Assembly: GCA_021159015.1 (NCBI GenBank)
Contig: JAGGSQ010000069.1
Coordinates: 1,332-65,331, forward strand
DNA from: Candidatus Omnitrophota bacterium
GTDB taxonomy: Bacteria; Omnitrophota; Gorgyraeia; Duberdicusellales; Duberdicusellaceae
Length of the DNA: 64,000 bases
Direction: 5' to 3'
Shown piece by piece: positions 9,587-19,114 of the stretch. The notes below the pieces were generated by a model that was given only the letters and a program-made list of their open reading frames with translations, did not search any database and had not been told where the DNA came from. How positions within the stretch are numbered: position 1 is the stretch's first letter; each line of letters starts with the position of its first letter. The translations under genes were made by a program, and so were the position numbers.

Positions 9587-10850
9587 TGTGCTTAATAAAT
9601 GAACTGGCAGAAAAAACGGCAATTATTATAGCAGTAGAGACAATAATTGTAAAGTAACCGAACTTGTCTGCCAGGAAAGAAGCTAGAAACATAAAAAGCA
9701 AAAAAGCAAAATGCATCACTACCTCTAAAGAACTGAAGATTCTCCCCCAGAAATTCCCGTCACTCTTTTTATGAATAAGTGCATTGGCTCCCACTAGAAT
9801 AGGAGAAGCAAAACTACCTAAAAAGAAAGAAAATACCGAAGCTGTTATACGAGAAGGATTATATTTAAGCGAAAGAGCAAACATAATCAAAATTAGACTA
9901 TCAACGAACAACATCAGATAGATACTACGCGAAGCAGAAAAACGATCTCCAATCCGCCCGTAAACTAAGGAACCCACAAACAGCCCCATCCCCAGCCAGA
10001 TAGCTAAAAATCCCAAATCTTTAGTAGCACTATGAAGCTGAGATTGAATAAAAGCAATAAATACCGCATACAAAGAACCTAAAAAAGAAAATAAAATAAA
10101 AAACACCTTGAGACTAAATACGGTATCTTTGTGAGAAACAATATATTTTATTCCTTCTTTAAACTCATTTAAAAGAGACTTTTCTCTCTCTACAATCTCA
10201 CGACTTAGTTTAAGCACGTCTTTGGATATCTGAGCCAGATTGTGGGCTTTAAGAGGCAGGGGGATTAAAAATACACACAAGCTAGATAAGAAAAATGTGC
10301 CTGCATCTATCAAAAATCCTCCTTTGGGCCCCCACCTCTCTACAATCAGTCCTCCTAACCCCAGGCCGAACACGGCAGCTACATTAGCTGTAACAGAGAT
10401 CAAAGAATTTGCTAAATAAATATCGCCTTTTGTAGTTAAATTAGGCACTAAAGACATCTTGGCGGGAATAAAGAACCTACCGGCGGCGGAAGCCAACAAT
10501 ATCGTTAGATAAATCGGAATCATGCTTTTTATGCGGAGCATAAAAAGAGCCAAAACTAAAACAATAACACCTCTTAAAAAGTCAGAAACAAACATAGTAA
10601 TACGTTTATCCCATCTATCTACGTAAACGCCGGCTAAAGGATTTATCAACAATACCGGCAAGATAACAAAAAACATAATTTTGGTAAGAGCTAAGGCATT
10701 GACTCCTCCACTACGTTTGTAGACTAAACCAATAATAGCCATCTGAGTGAGGCGGTCGCCAAACTGAGAAATTATTTGGCTTAACCACAAAAGAAAAAAA
10801 CCTCTCTTGCTTAAAACATGGAGATAAGGTTTAAATGTCTTATCAAACAT
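9564..10850 (-). CDS. MFS transporter (DHA3/MFS_3-like)
   Basis: 12 hydrophobic segments, SQFGD, AGVYVDRWDKR motif A. Confidence 0.9.
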   Translation of the reverse strand: MFDKTFKPYLHVLSKRGFFLLWLSQIISQFGDRLTQMAIIGLVYKRSGGVNALALTKIMFFVILPVLLINPLAGVYVDRWDKRITMFVSDFLRGVIVLVLALFMLRIKSMIPIYLTILLASAAGRFFIPAKMSLVPNLTTKGDIYLANSLISVTANVAAVFGLGLGGLIVERWGPKGGFLIDAGTFFLSSLCVFLIPLPLKAHNLAQISKDVLKLSREIVEREKSLLNEFKEGIKYIVSHKDTVFSLKVFFILFSFLGSLYAVFIAFIQSQLHSATKDLGFLAIWLGMGLFVGSLVYGRIGDRFSASRSIYLMLFVDSLILIMFALSLKYNPSRITASVFSFFLGSFASPILVGANALIHKKSDGNFWGRIFSSLEVVMHFAFLLFMFLASFLADKFGYFTIIVSTAIIIAVFSASSFIKHNVRSSPL

Positions 10851-10881
10851 AAATTATGGCAGATGCTGGTTGTTAAAGAAA

Positions 10882-10954
10882 AGCCCGCGAGAGGATTTGA
10901 ACCTCCGACCTGAGCATTACGAATGCCCTGCTCTCCCAACTGAGCTACGCGGGC
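10882..10954 (-). tRNA. tRNA-Thr(CGT)
   Basis: Cloverleaf GCCCGCG...CGCGGGC, anticodon loop TT-CGT-AA, GGTTCAAAT T-loop; CCA not encoded. Confidence 0.95.
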
Positions 10955-10989
10955 AGAAATCTTTCATATCCCGTGATTAATAGAAAGGG

Positions 10990-11178
10990 TTAACGATTAT
11001 AGGGATTTTCTTCTTTGTCTGAATAACCTTCTGCTGCCCCTTCGGTTATGCCGCCCAAAGCTTTTGTCCCTTTCCCTACATATTCGCCAGCTTTCTGGGT
11101 CGTTTGGTGAACGGTTTCACACCCTAGAAAAGCAAACAACCAGAGAAAACAAAGAAGAAAACCTAAAAATATTTTCAT
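10990..11178 (-). CDS. small lipoprotein (entericidin-like)
   Basis: FLGC lipobox followed by ETVH...G..VGKG; AGGAGG RBS. Confidence 0.7.
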   Translation of the reverse strand: MKIFLGFLLCFLWLFAFLGCETVHQTTQKAGEYVGKGTKALGGITEGAAEGYSDKEENPYNR

Positions 11179-11193
11179 ATTTCCTCCTAAACT

Positions 11194-12096
11194 TTAAGTG
11201 TTAGGTTGAGTCACTAAATCATCCTTTTGAATCCCCTCACTGGCGCTGATAATTTTTGCCTTAGAAAATTTATCCTGGACCTCTGTAACCTGTATTTCAC
11301 CTATCTTCTTAGATTCTCTTCCTAGTTCCATTCCTGTATCAGGATCAACTAACACTTCTCCTTCCCGAAGAACAAAGAAAATGTTGCCTGATTGCACGCC
11401 GGTATTGCGGCCCGCATTTATATATACCTGGTTATTCTTAACCAGAACCACCCTTCCCTTCCAGGGAATATGCGACATCTTATCGGCAATATATACTACA
11501 GCTCTATCTATGGCCATCTGTACCGCTTTGCCCAAGGGTGTCTTTTTAAAATTGGAGGTATCCAGGCTAAACGAGCCACTATAACCTAAAGAAAACCCTG
11601 AAGCATTGGCATTGCCTTCCACGCGTTTAGAATCAATGATTTCACCTGTAGTAGAATCTACCAGTTGAATGATGACGGCTACATGTGCGGAAGATTTTCG
11701 CGCACTCAAGCTAAAGCCATGAATACTTAAGCCCTGGCCTCCTCCGGAAGTATTCTCCTCAAATTCGGTAATTTTACCTTTAATTAGAATTTGGGCGGGG
11801 ATAATCTTCCCCAGGCGCGCCGCGTGAGCTTTAGCAAAACGATTGGAGTTAGCCAGATCCTGCTCCGCCATAACCGTATTAAGACTTTTACGGCTCAGAA
11901 CAATAAACTTCCCCGACTGGATTAAAGCATCAGAAAGTTGCATAGAAAAGTCTCGACCTAAATTAGGCAGGCTGTTGTAGCCGGAGTCATTACTGAAATC
12001 AATCACCGCTACTGTCTTCTTCATAGCTGAGAGCCCATAGACATTAAAAACCAGACAGAATATTAAGAAAAAAACTCCTAAAGCTTTTTCTTTCAT
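11194..12096 (-). CDS. CsgG/HfaB-family protein with C-terminal FlgT-like beta domain
   Basis: VAVIDF, L.QSGKFIVLSR, G.ITEFE, VYINAG...GV..G..F; GAGGAGG RBS before MKEK. Confidence 0.8.
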   Translation of the reverse strand: MKEKALGVFFLIFCLVFNVYGLSAMKKTVAVIDFSNDSGYNSLPNLGRDFSMQLSDALIQSGKFIVLSRKSLNTVMAEQDLANSNRFAKAHAARLGKIIPAQILIKGKITEFEENTSGGGQGLSIHGFSLSARKSSAHVAVIIQLVDSTTGEIIDSKRVEGNANASGFSLGYSGSFSLDTSNFKKTPLGKAVQMAIDRAVVYIADKMSHIPWKGRVVLVKNNQVYINAGRNTGVQSGNIFFVLREGEVLVDPDTGMELGRESKKIGEIQVTEVQDKFSKAKIISASEGIQKDDLVTQPNT

Positions 12097-12106
12097 ACCC
12101 ACCTCC

Positions 12107-12727
12107 TCAATTCTGACAATAGTGTTCTTTGAAAAACTCCAGTTCCTGATAACTGTCAAAAGATTTAATCTCGCCACTTTGGGGTGAATAAAGATAGTAA
12201 ACTTTCTGTTTCTGCTGCGGTAGATAATCTTTTATCAGAATATACTTTTGCGGTTGAGATAAATTCTGGCAGGAGATAATATCAGCAGAACCAGCCGTAG
12301 TAACTAACGTCCGGGTCTTTGAGGTCAGATTTACTTCGTAAACTTGAAAATTATCGCCACAGGGTAAGGTATAAAAAACAACGTCTTCCTGTGGTCCAAA
12401 CGCGAACCCTTCGGCTTCTTGATTCTCGCCGTTTATAGGATAACGTACGACAATATTCTGAGAACTGTCGCTGGTATTAGTTATTAAAATCGTTTCATAA
12501 CCAGAAGGAGCACCCTGAACCTGCGTTTTCTTAATTGCCCATTTTTTAGAAGGAGACACAGCTATAAACTGATTATGGGTATAATCAATAAGTTTCTTCT
12601 CGCCCTTTTCATTTTCAACTATTATCTTGCCGCCCTCTATATAGGCTTTATTCTGAGCAAAAATATAACTTCTGCCCGGAATAAAAAGCAAAATTCCTAG
12701 AATTATCCCTACTATTTTAGAACTCAT
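12107..12727 (-). CDS. hypothetical exported protein (possible partial beta-propeller)
   Basis: Signal peptide at [22 protein letters not shown]; SP.KKW and AF.P repeat-like motifs. Confidence 0.65.
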   Translation of the reverse strand: MSSKIVGIILGILLFIPGRSYIFAQNKAYIEGGKIIVENEKGEKKLIDYTHNQFIAVSPSKKWAIKKTQVQGAPSGYETILITNTSDSSQNIVVRYPINGENQEAEGFAFGPQEDVVFYTLPCGDNFQVYEVNLTSKTRTLVTTAGSADIISCQNLSQPQKYILIKDYLPQQKQKVYYLYSPQSGEIKSFDSYQELEFFKEHYCQN

Positions 12728-12737
12728 TATACCTCTC

Positions 12738-12930
12738 CTAATTATTTTAATTAAAACCCTCTTAGGTCTTTCGCCGTCAAATTCACCGTAGAATATCTGC
12801 TCGCCGGGGCCTAAATTCAGCAAACCTCTCACTACTACCTCACGCCTCATAACAGTCCGCCGCAAGTGAGCACAAGCATTGTCTTCGTTACTAAGGCTAT
12901 AGCGATAATTTCCTGCTTGAGGAACAATCC
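12738..12930 (-). pseudogene. C-terminal remnant of a YjbQ/UPF0047-family gene
   Basis: Reads ...[50 protein letters not shown], matching the family C-terminus; N-terminal half absent. Confidence 0.7.
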
Positions 12931-13245
12931 TTCTCTTATCCCGCTTTTCTTTACTATCTCCTCACCTTATGCGTAATACTTATAAATTCAGCCCGCCTCT
13001 TAGTATTAAAGTATTAAATAGAAATTTAGTTCTTCTATAGCTGAAGATAGATTCTGAGAAAAATTATTTACTTCTTCTGCTGCCTCCACAGACTCTCTCA
13101 CTACTAAGGCAAGATTCTGAATCATCCTGGTAGTACTTCTTGCTATTTCTTCTATTTCTCTAAGGTAGCAGATAAAATCTCAGGTGTAATTTTCACTCAT
13201 TTACATTATACTTTCTACGGGCCAAAAATCAAATCACTCTTTTTT

Positions 13246-13809
13246 CTATTCTCTATGAGAAAATATAAGTCTTAACGCTTCTTGTCTTGTCTTAGAATTC
13301 CGGCGGAAAACCCCTCTTACCACAGAAGTCACAGTAAGACTGCCGGGTTTTTTTACCCCTCGCATAACCATACATAAATGTTCTGCTTCCACTACTACCA
13401 TAACCCCTTTAGGACTAAGTTTCTTCATTATAACATCCGCTATCTGAGTAGTAAGCCTTTCTTGCACCTGGAGGCGGCGTGCCAAAGTATCGGCCACCCG
13501 TGCCAGCTTGCTTAAACCAGTTATGCGGCTGTCCGGTATATAAGCTATATGCGCACGGCCAAAAAAAGGCAGAAGATGATGCTCACAAAGGGAATATATA
13601 GGTATATCTCTAACCAAAATTATTTCATCATGGCGTTGCTCTAAAATTACATTGATTTCGTCTTCTACTTTTTTCTCTTCTCCTTTCAATATCTCCGCAT
13701 ACATCTCTGCCACGCGCTGAGGCGTCTTGGCTAAATCTTTATTCTTCAAATCTTTGCCCAGCGCTAACAAAAGCATTTGGGTAGCTTTAACAATTGCCTT
13801 CTTATCCAT
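13246..13809 (-). CDS. folE: GTP cyclohydrolase I
   Basis: TPQRVA, SLCEHHLLPF, GLSKLAR, QVQERLT, HLCMVMRG. Confidence 0.97.
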   Translation of the reverse strand: MDKKAIVKATQMLLLALGKDLKNKDLAKTPQRVAEMYAEILKGEEKKVEDEINVILEQRHDEIILVRDIPIYSLCEHHLLPFFGRAHIAYIPDSRITGLSKLARVADTLARRLQVQERLTTQIADVIMKKLSPKGVMVVVEAEHLCMVMRGVKKPGSLTVTSVVRGVFRRNSKTRQEALRLIFSHRE

Positions 13810-15179
13810 TATTTACCTATACAAAAATCTCTAAAGACCTGCTCCAGCACATCGGCATTCTTATATACACCTTGTATATTATACAGCTTCTCCACAGCAG
13901 CCTGAAGCAAAAAATATGTTTTATCTAAATTAAACTTCAAGTTTTCTTTAGCCTGCTTTAGATAAGATAAAGCCTCTTCCATAAGCTGCTGCTGGCGCAG
14001 ACTCCCTAGATATACTTCATTCTTATTCAAATTAGAAGCTGACAATCTCTTGACTATCATCTTTTCTAAACGAGAAATTCCTTCTTTGGTCTTGGCGGAA
14101 ACTCTCACCTGAGGAACTCTTATTTGTCTCATATAGGGGGAAGAAAGACGGGTCTTCAAATCACACTTGTTAATAACTAAAACAGAATTAGACTGGTGGC
14201 TACTAATAAATTCTTTTTCCTCTTTAGTTAAGGAAGAGGAATTATCAATTACCACTAGCAGAATATCAGCTTCTTTTATTATCTGCTGAGATTTATTTTG
14301 GGCTTTCTCTTCTAAAAAATCATTCTTCCGCCCCAGGCCGGCTGTATCTACTAACCGCAAAGTGTAACCGCCTAAATTAAATTCTTCCTCAATAGTATCG
14401 CGGGTAGTACCGGCTAAAGTACTCACTATAACTCTCTCCTTATCTAAAATAGCATTAAATAAAGAAGACTTTCCCACATTAACTCGGCCGCACAAAACAC
14501 ACCTAAACCCTTCATACCAGCGCCGCATAGTACGGCTGCCCTTAGCTAACTTCTCTATCTGGCCTATAATGCCTGAGAGTATTTTTTCTATATCTCCCCT
14601 CTCTAGCTCTATATCTTCCAGAGGAAAACCTATACTTGCCTGGAGAGTAGCTAACATTTTTTCCAGCTTCTTAATGAAAGAACTTAATTTCTGGGAGAGA
14701 CCTCCTTCTAACTGTCTCAAGCTTTGCCTCAGGGTCCAATCATTCTTAGCGCGTGAGATATTATTAATTGCTTCCGCTTGTATCAGGTCTATTCTTCCCA
14801 GAAGATAAGCCCGTTGGGTAAATTCGCCTGGTTCTGCCAGACGCGCTCCTGCTCTAAGTGCTAAATTTAAAACTTTATTAAGAACGGCTGGCCCCGAATG
14901 AGTGTATATTTCTACCACATCCTGACGCGTATAGCTATGAGGGGCTTTCATTATGCTTATTAATACTTCATCTACTATCTCGCCGCCAGATTTTATCCAT
15001 CCGTAATGAAGAGTGTAGGTTTTTGCTTTTCTAATATTTTTAGGGCGCGCGGGGGAAAAAACTCTGGCAGCAATATCCAAAGCCTTCCTGCCAGAAATCT
15101 TTATTATCCCAATTGCCGCTCTCTGAGGGAAAGTGGCTAAAGAAGCAATGGTATCGTCTAAATTGTATTTCTTTTGCAT
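13809..15179 (-). CDS. mnmE: tRNA modification GTPase MnmE
   Basis: DTI, AEPGEFT, GRVNVGKS, GTTRD, DTAG, NKCD, C-terminal FCIGK. Confidence 0.96.
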   Translation of the reverse strand: MQKKYNLDDTIASLATFPQRAAIGIIKISGRKALDIAARVFSPARPKNIRKAKTYTLHYGWIKSGGEIVDEVLISIMKAPHSYTRQDVVEIYTHSGPAVLNKVLNLALRAGARLAEPGEFTQRAYLLGRIDLIQAEAINNISRAKNDWTLRQSLRQLEGGLSQKLSSFIKKLEKMLATLQASIGFPLEDIELERGDIEKILSGIIGQIEKLAKGSRTMRRWYEGFRCVLCGRVNVGKSSLFNAILDKERVIVSTLAGTTRDTIEEEFNLGGYTLRLVDTAGLGRKNDFLEEKAQNKSQQIIKEADILLVVIDNSSSLTKEEKEFISSHQSNSVLVINKCDLKTRLSSPYMRQIRVPQVRVSAKTKEGISRLEKMIVKRLSASNLNKNEVYLGSLRQQQLMEEALSYLKQAKENLKFNLDKTYFLLQAAVEKLYNIQGVYKNADVLEQVFRDFCIGK

Positions 15180-16513
15180 AATAGGACTCTTGCCTCAGCC
15201 ACCAAATAGGTTGAACCGGTTATCAATAATAGCCCGTCTCTACCCGCCAAACCAAAAGCCTGCTTTATTGCTTCTGAGAGATTAGAGGTAATAATTGCCT
15301 TTTTGATTTCCAGGCGCCTCTTAAGTTCAGAAGGAGTTAGAAGACGCATATGGGCAAGGTGAGGAAAAATTACTGCCTTTGCTTCCTTTAGCAATTGTTT
15401 GATTTTCCCAACTTTTTTATCGCGGGCCAGCGCAAAAATAACAATAAATTGCCTATGGTAATAACATTCTAAGTTGTGAAAAAGACGTTCTAAAGAGAAG
15501 CTATTATGAGCTATATCTAAAATAACCAGAGGTTTCCTCTTTACTATTTCCCAGCGGCCGGGAAGGGCAAGTTTTTCTAAAGCTATTTTTGCCGCGCCAG
15601 AGGAGAATTTTCTTTTATGTCTATGAAGAAAGACTTTTGCTGCGCCCAGAGCTAAAGCAGCATTTTCTACTTGATAGTCTCCCCTCTGCTTAAGAGAAAA
15701 AGGGCCGCATTTTTCCTTATTAAAAGAGAACCAGAAACGGCTCTGTTGCGGACTAATTTGCACGCGGGAGGGATAAAAATCCTGTCCTTGTATATATAAA
15801 GGTGCTTTGCGGGCAATGCTTATCTGGCGAATAACTTCTAAAGCCGCGGTATGATGTTGATTAGTTAATACCGCTCCTCCTTCTTTTATGATACCAGCTT
15901 TAGCCTGAGCAATAGAGATTAGGGTGTGGCCTAATATCTCTTCATGGTCGTAATCAATTGGAGTAATTACGGCTAATTCATTTTGCGGGGATACATTAGT
16001 AGCGTCTAACTTTCCTCCTAAACCTGTCTCCAGTACTGCCAGGTTTACCTTCTTCTTCTGGAAATAATAAAAACCTAAAGCCGTAATCAATTCAAAAAAA
16101 CTAAGTCCCCTGCCTTTAGAAGAATAGTAAAAGCTCATAACGGCTTGAGAATAACGATGCCAGAACTCAGAAATATCTCTTGGGGAGATACATAAGTTTT
16201 TTATCTCTCCCTTTCTATAATAAACTATCCTTATTCTTTCCCGCCAGATAGAAAGATGTGGCGAAGTAAAAAGCCCTACCTTTAAGTGGTGAGCGCTCAA
16301 AATAGAGGCAAGAAAAATAGCTACTGATCCTTTACCTTTTGTACCGGCTATCTGGACTAAGCACAAAGAAGAGGGACTGAGCTTAAGCGTTTTCAATAAC
16401 TGCCGCAGACGCTGAAGCTTTAAGGAAGCAAGTTTGAATCTATCTCGCTGCTTTTCGTAATTTACTAACGCTTCCAAAAAGGACATTGCCTGTTTATAAT
16501 ACGATTTTCCCAC
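15158..16513 (-). CDS. folC: folylpolyglutamate synthase/dihydrofolate synthase
   Basis: AGTKGKGS, FTSPHL, ETGLGGKLDATN, D.AHN, TGSTYLV. Confidence 0.93.
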   Translation of the reverse strand: MGKSYYKQAMSFLEALVNYEKQRDRFKLASLKLQRLRQLLKTLKLSPSSLCLVQIAGTKGKGSVAIFLASILSAHHLKVGLFTSPHLSIWRERIRIVYYRKGEIKNLCISPRDISEFWHRYSQAVMSFYYSSKGRGLSFFELITALGFYYFQKKKVNLAVLETGLGGKLDATNVSPQNELAVITPIDYDHEEILGHTLISIAQAKAGIIKEGGAVLTNQHHTAALEVIRQISIARKAPLYIQGQDFYPSRVQISPQQSRFWFSFNKEKCGPFSLKQRGDYQVENAALALGAAKVFLHRHKRKFSSGAAKIALEKLALPGRWEIVKRKPLVILDIAHNSFSLERLFHNLECYYHRQFIVIFALARDKKVGKIKQLLKEAKAVIFPHLAHMRLLTPSELKRRLEIKKAIITSNLSEAIKQAFGLAGRDGLLLITGSTYLVAEARVLLCKRNTI

Positions 16514-16904
16514 TTTGGATAAACCTTCTTATTTTTACGTCCAGCGGCGCAAAATTAACTGCTGAGAGTTCTTTTGGGGTAATAAATCTGAAACTCGCAC
16601 ATTCTCTTGCTTCTATTTTTCCTCCCTTTAAAAAACAACGGTAAAGATGCACCTTTATTTTTATCTCCTCGTTCTCATCAAAAAATACTCCCAAAGGCTC
16701 GCCTACTTCTATTTCTATATTAAGCTCCTCTTTAATCTCGCGCTTCAAAGCCTGCCAATGGCTTTCTCCTCTCTCTACCCTTCCTCCCGGAAACTCCCAT
16801 AAAAGTCCATAGCTATCTTTTGCCTCGCGCTGAGCAATAAGAATCTTCCCCGCATGAACCAATAAACATGCTACTATTTCTAAAATCTCTTTGGCTTTCT
16901 TCAT
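16494..16904 (-). CDS. mutT: MutT-like NUDIX hydrolase
   Basis: WEFPGG.VE.GE....ALKREIKEEL Nudix box. Confidence 0.85.
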   Translation of the reverse strand: MKKAKEILEIVACLLVHAGKILIAQREAKDSYGLLWEFPGGRVERGESHWQALKREIKEELNIEIEVGEPLGVFFDENEEIKIKVHLYRCFLKGGKIEARECASFRFITPKELSAVNFAPLDVKIRRFIQSGKIVL

Positions 16905-16913
16905 AGAGAAATA

Positions 16914-18437
16914 TTAATGACGGAAATGACGTAGCGAGGTAAAAATCATAGAAAGATTCAGCTTGTCGGCTAACTTAATCAAATCTTTGTCCTTAAGCGA
17001 ACCTCCTGGCTGGATTAAAGCTTTAATTCCCGCAGATTTTGCTAATTCCAGATTGTCTTCCTTAGGGAAAAAACCGTCAGAAGCTAATACCGCTCCCTGC
17101 GTAGACTGACAAGATTTTCTGATGGCGATTTCCATAGCGCCAATGCGCGAAGGCTGGCCGCAGCCAATCCCTAAAGTCCTAAGGTTTTTAGCTACGACAA
17201 TAGCGTTGGACTTTGTATATTTGGCTACAAACCAAGCGAAAAGCAAATCTTCTATTTCTCTCGCCGTAGGCTTTTTTTTGGTTACAATCTGAAGCTTATG
17301 ATTATCTATAACCAATAAATCTTCTTCCTGAATTAAATAACCAAATGCGGTTTTTCTTATTTGTTGATTCGAGTTATGCTTCTTAAAATCAGCCTTAATC
17401 AAACGCAGATTCTTCTTTTCTCTCAATATATCTAAAGCTTCCCGGCTAAATCCCGGCGCTATTACCGCTTCTCGAAATCCACTTCTTATAACAGCTCTTG
17501 CCGTTTTCTCATCTACTTCCTTATTAAGGCCGATGATTCCTCCAAAACTGGAAAGGGCATCGCTCATAAAAGCCTTCCGGTAAGCTAAAACCAGATTGCC
17601 GGCCAGAGCTACGCCGCAGGGATTACCATGTTTTATTACGCAAGCGGCAGGCAATCTTTTAAAATAACGCACTAAAGACAGAGCTGCATCCAAATCCAGG
17701 AAATTGTTGTAAGAGAGCTCTTTGCCGCCTAATTGTTCAAAACTTACCTCGCCGCCGATTTTGTAGAGAGCAGCTTTCTGTTGAGGATTCTCGCCGTAGC
17801 GCAAAGAGTGATGTCTCCTAAAAACAACCTTTTTTGTCTCCTTATTAGACGCGGCCAGAAACTCAGCAATGGCAGAATCATACTGACTGACAAATGCGAA
17901 TGCTTCGCCGGCCAGCTTCTTTCGCAAAGCTAAAGACAGCTTCCCCCTTTCTCCCACTAATTCCCCCGCCACCATTTTATATTGGGAAGGACTACTAATT
18001 ACGGCTACGGACTGAAAATTTTTTGCCGCAGCGCGCAACATAGTAGGCCCGCCGATATCAATATACTCCTGCATCTGCTCCAGAGTAAGATTCTCGCGCC
18101 GTTTTTCTAGAAAAGGATAAAGATTTACTACCACCAAATCAAAAGGAGATATGCCTATTTTCTTAAGCTCGGCCATATGACGCGCATCATCTTTACGCGC
18201 TAAAATTGCGGCATGAATCAGAGGATGGAGCGTCTTTACTCTACCTCCTAACAATTGAGAAAACCCTGTTATCTTCTCTATATTTTGGGCTTTTATGCCT
18301 CTTGCTTCCAGAAAACGCCATGTGCCTCCGCTAGAATAAATCTCTATGTTAAATTTCGCCAAAGTCTGGCAAAAATCCCCTAAACCCCTTTTATCCCAAA
18401 CGCTCACTAAGGCTTTTTTAATCTCCAGATTCATCAT
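16914..18437 (-). CDS. purH: bifunctional AICAR transformylase/IMP cyclohydrolase
   Basis: GRVKTLHP, IDIGGPTMLR, LRYGENP, KHGNPCG, SDGFFP, RHFRH. Confidence 0.97.
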   Translation of the reverse strand: MMNLEIKKALVSVWDKRGLGDFCQTLAKFNIEIYSSGGTWRFLEARGIKAQNIEKITGFSQLLGGRVKTLHPLIHAAILARKDDARHMAELKKIGISPFDLVVVNLYPFLEKRRENLTLEQMQEYIDIGGPTMLRAAAKNFQSVAVISSPSQYKMVAGELVGERGKLSLALRKKLAGEAFAFVSQYDSAIAEFLAASNKETKKVVFRRHHSLRYGENPQQKAALYKIGGEVSFEQLGGKELSYNNFLDLDAALSLVRYFKRLPAACVIKHGNPCGVALAGNLVLAYRKAFMSDALSSFGGIIGLNKEVDEKTARAVIRSGFREAVIAPGFSREALDILREKKNLRLIKADFKKHNSNQQIRKTAFGYLIQEEDLLVIDNHKLQIVTKKKPTAREIEDLLFAWFVAKYTKSNAIVVAKNLRTLGIGCGQPSRIGAMEIAIRKSCQSTQGAVLASDGFFPKEDNLELAKSAGIKALIQPGGSLKDKDLIKLADKLNLSMIFTSLRHFRH

Positions 18438-19114
18438 ACGCTAAATTTTATTTCGATAACATCCCCATCTTCTACTACATAATCTCTATCTACGCTTTTT
18501 ACTAAACCTTTGACTCTGGCTTCAGCCATATTGAACACTTTCAAGAGCTCTGCGCAGTTAATGACTTCCCCCTTTATAAAGCCACGTGCCAGATCACTAT
18601 GAATTTTAGCCGCGGCCTTCAATATGTTTTCGCCCCGGCGCAGCGACCAGGCATGAACTTCTTTGGGACCGGCGGTATAAAAAAGGAGAAATCCCGACTG
18701 CTCAAAAATCTGACCTATTACCTCTTTTTCATCCTCCCCTTTCTCAATCTCCACACAAGGACGTAGACTGAGCAAATTTAAATCACGCACCCTCTCTTTC
18801 TCCTCAGGGCTAAGCACTTCTGCAAGCAATTTGTTCTGTTCTAAGGCTGTCTGGAGCTTAACTAACAGCTTTTTTTCTTCTTCCCCGGCTTTGGAAAGGC
18901 GTTTCTCTATTAGGTCTAAATCGTTAATAATTAAATCTATCTTCCTCTCTTTACTATAGGCGATAACATCAGCACCAGAAAGATGAGAAATAATCTCAAT
19001 AAAGTAAGGGGAGGTTTTTTTGGGTTTGTATTTCTCTGCTAACTTTTGAAAACACTCTGTGGTATATTTATATTTTCCCGCCGCAATATCCAGGCCTAAA
19101 GAGGCAACTTTCAT
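18434..19114 (-). CDS. truncated YchF-like protein (coiled coil plus TGS/DUF933) lacking P-loop motifs
   Basis: DLDLIEKRL, FYTAGPKEVHAW, IHSDLARGFIKGEV, DYVVEDGDVI match YchF; no GxxNxGKS. Confidence 0.8.
   Translation of the reverse strand: MKVASLGLDIAAGKYKYTTECFQKLAEKYKPKKTSPYFIEIISHLSGADVIAYSKERKIDLIINDLDLIEKRLSKAGEEEKKLLVKLQTALEQNKLLAEVLSPEEKERVRDLNLLSLRPCVEIEKGEDEKEVIGQIFEQSGFLLFYTAGPKEVHAWSLRRGENILKAAAKIHSDLARGFIKGEVINCAELLKVFNMAEARVKGLVKSVDRDYVVEDGDVIEIKFSV

Noticed and set aside
11194-12096. Curli secretion system
   Set aside because: A CsgG-like domain alone, with no csgA/B/E/F; this fold is common outside curli loci.
10882-13245. Genomic island integrated at tRNA-Thr
   Set aside because: No integrase or direct repeat of the tRNA 3' end, and the accessory-looking genes lie on the tRNA's 5' side.
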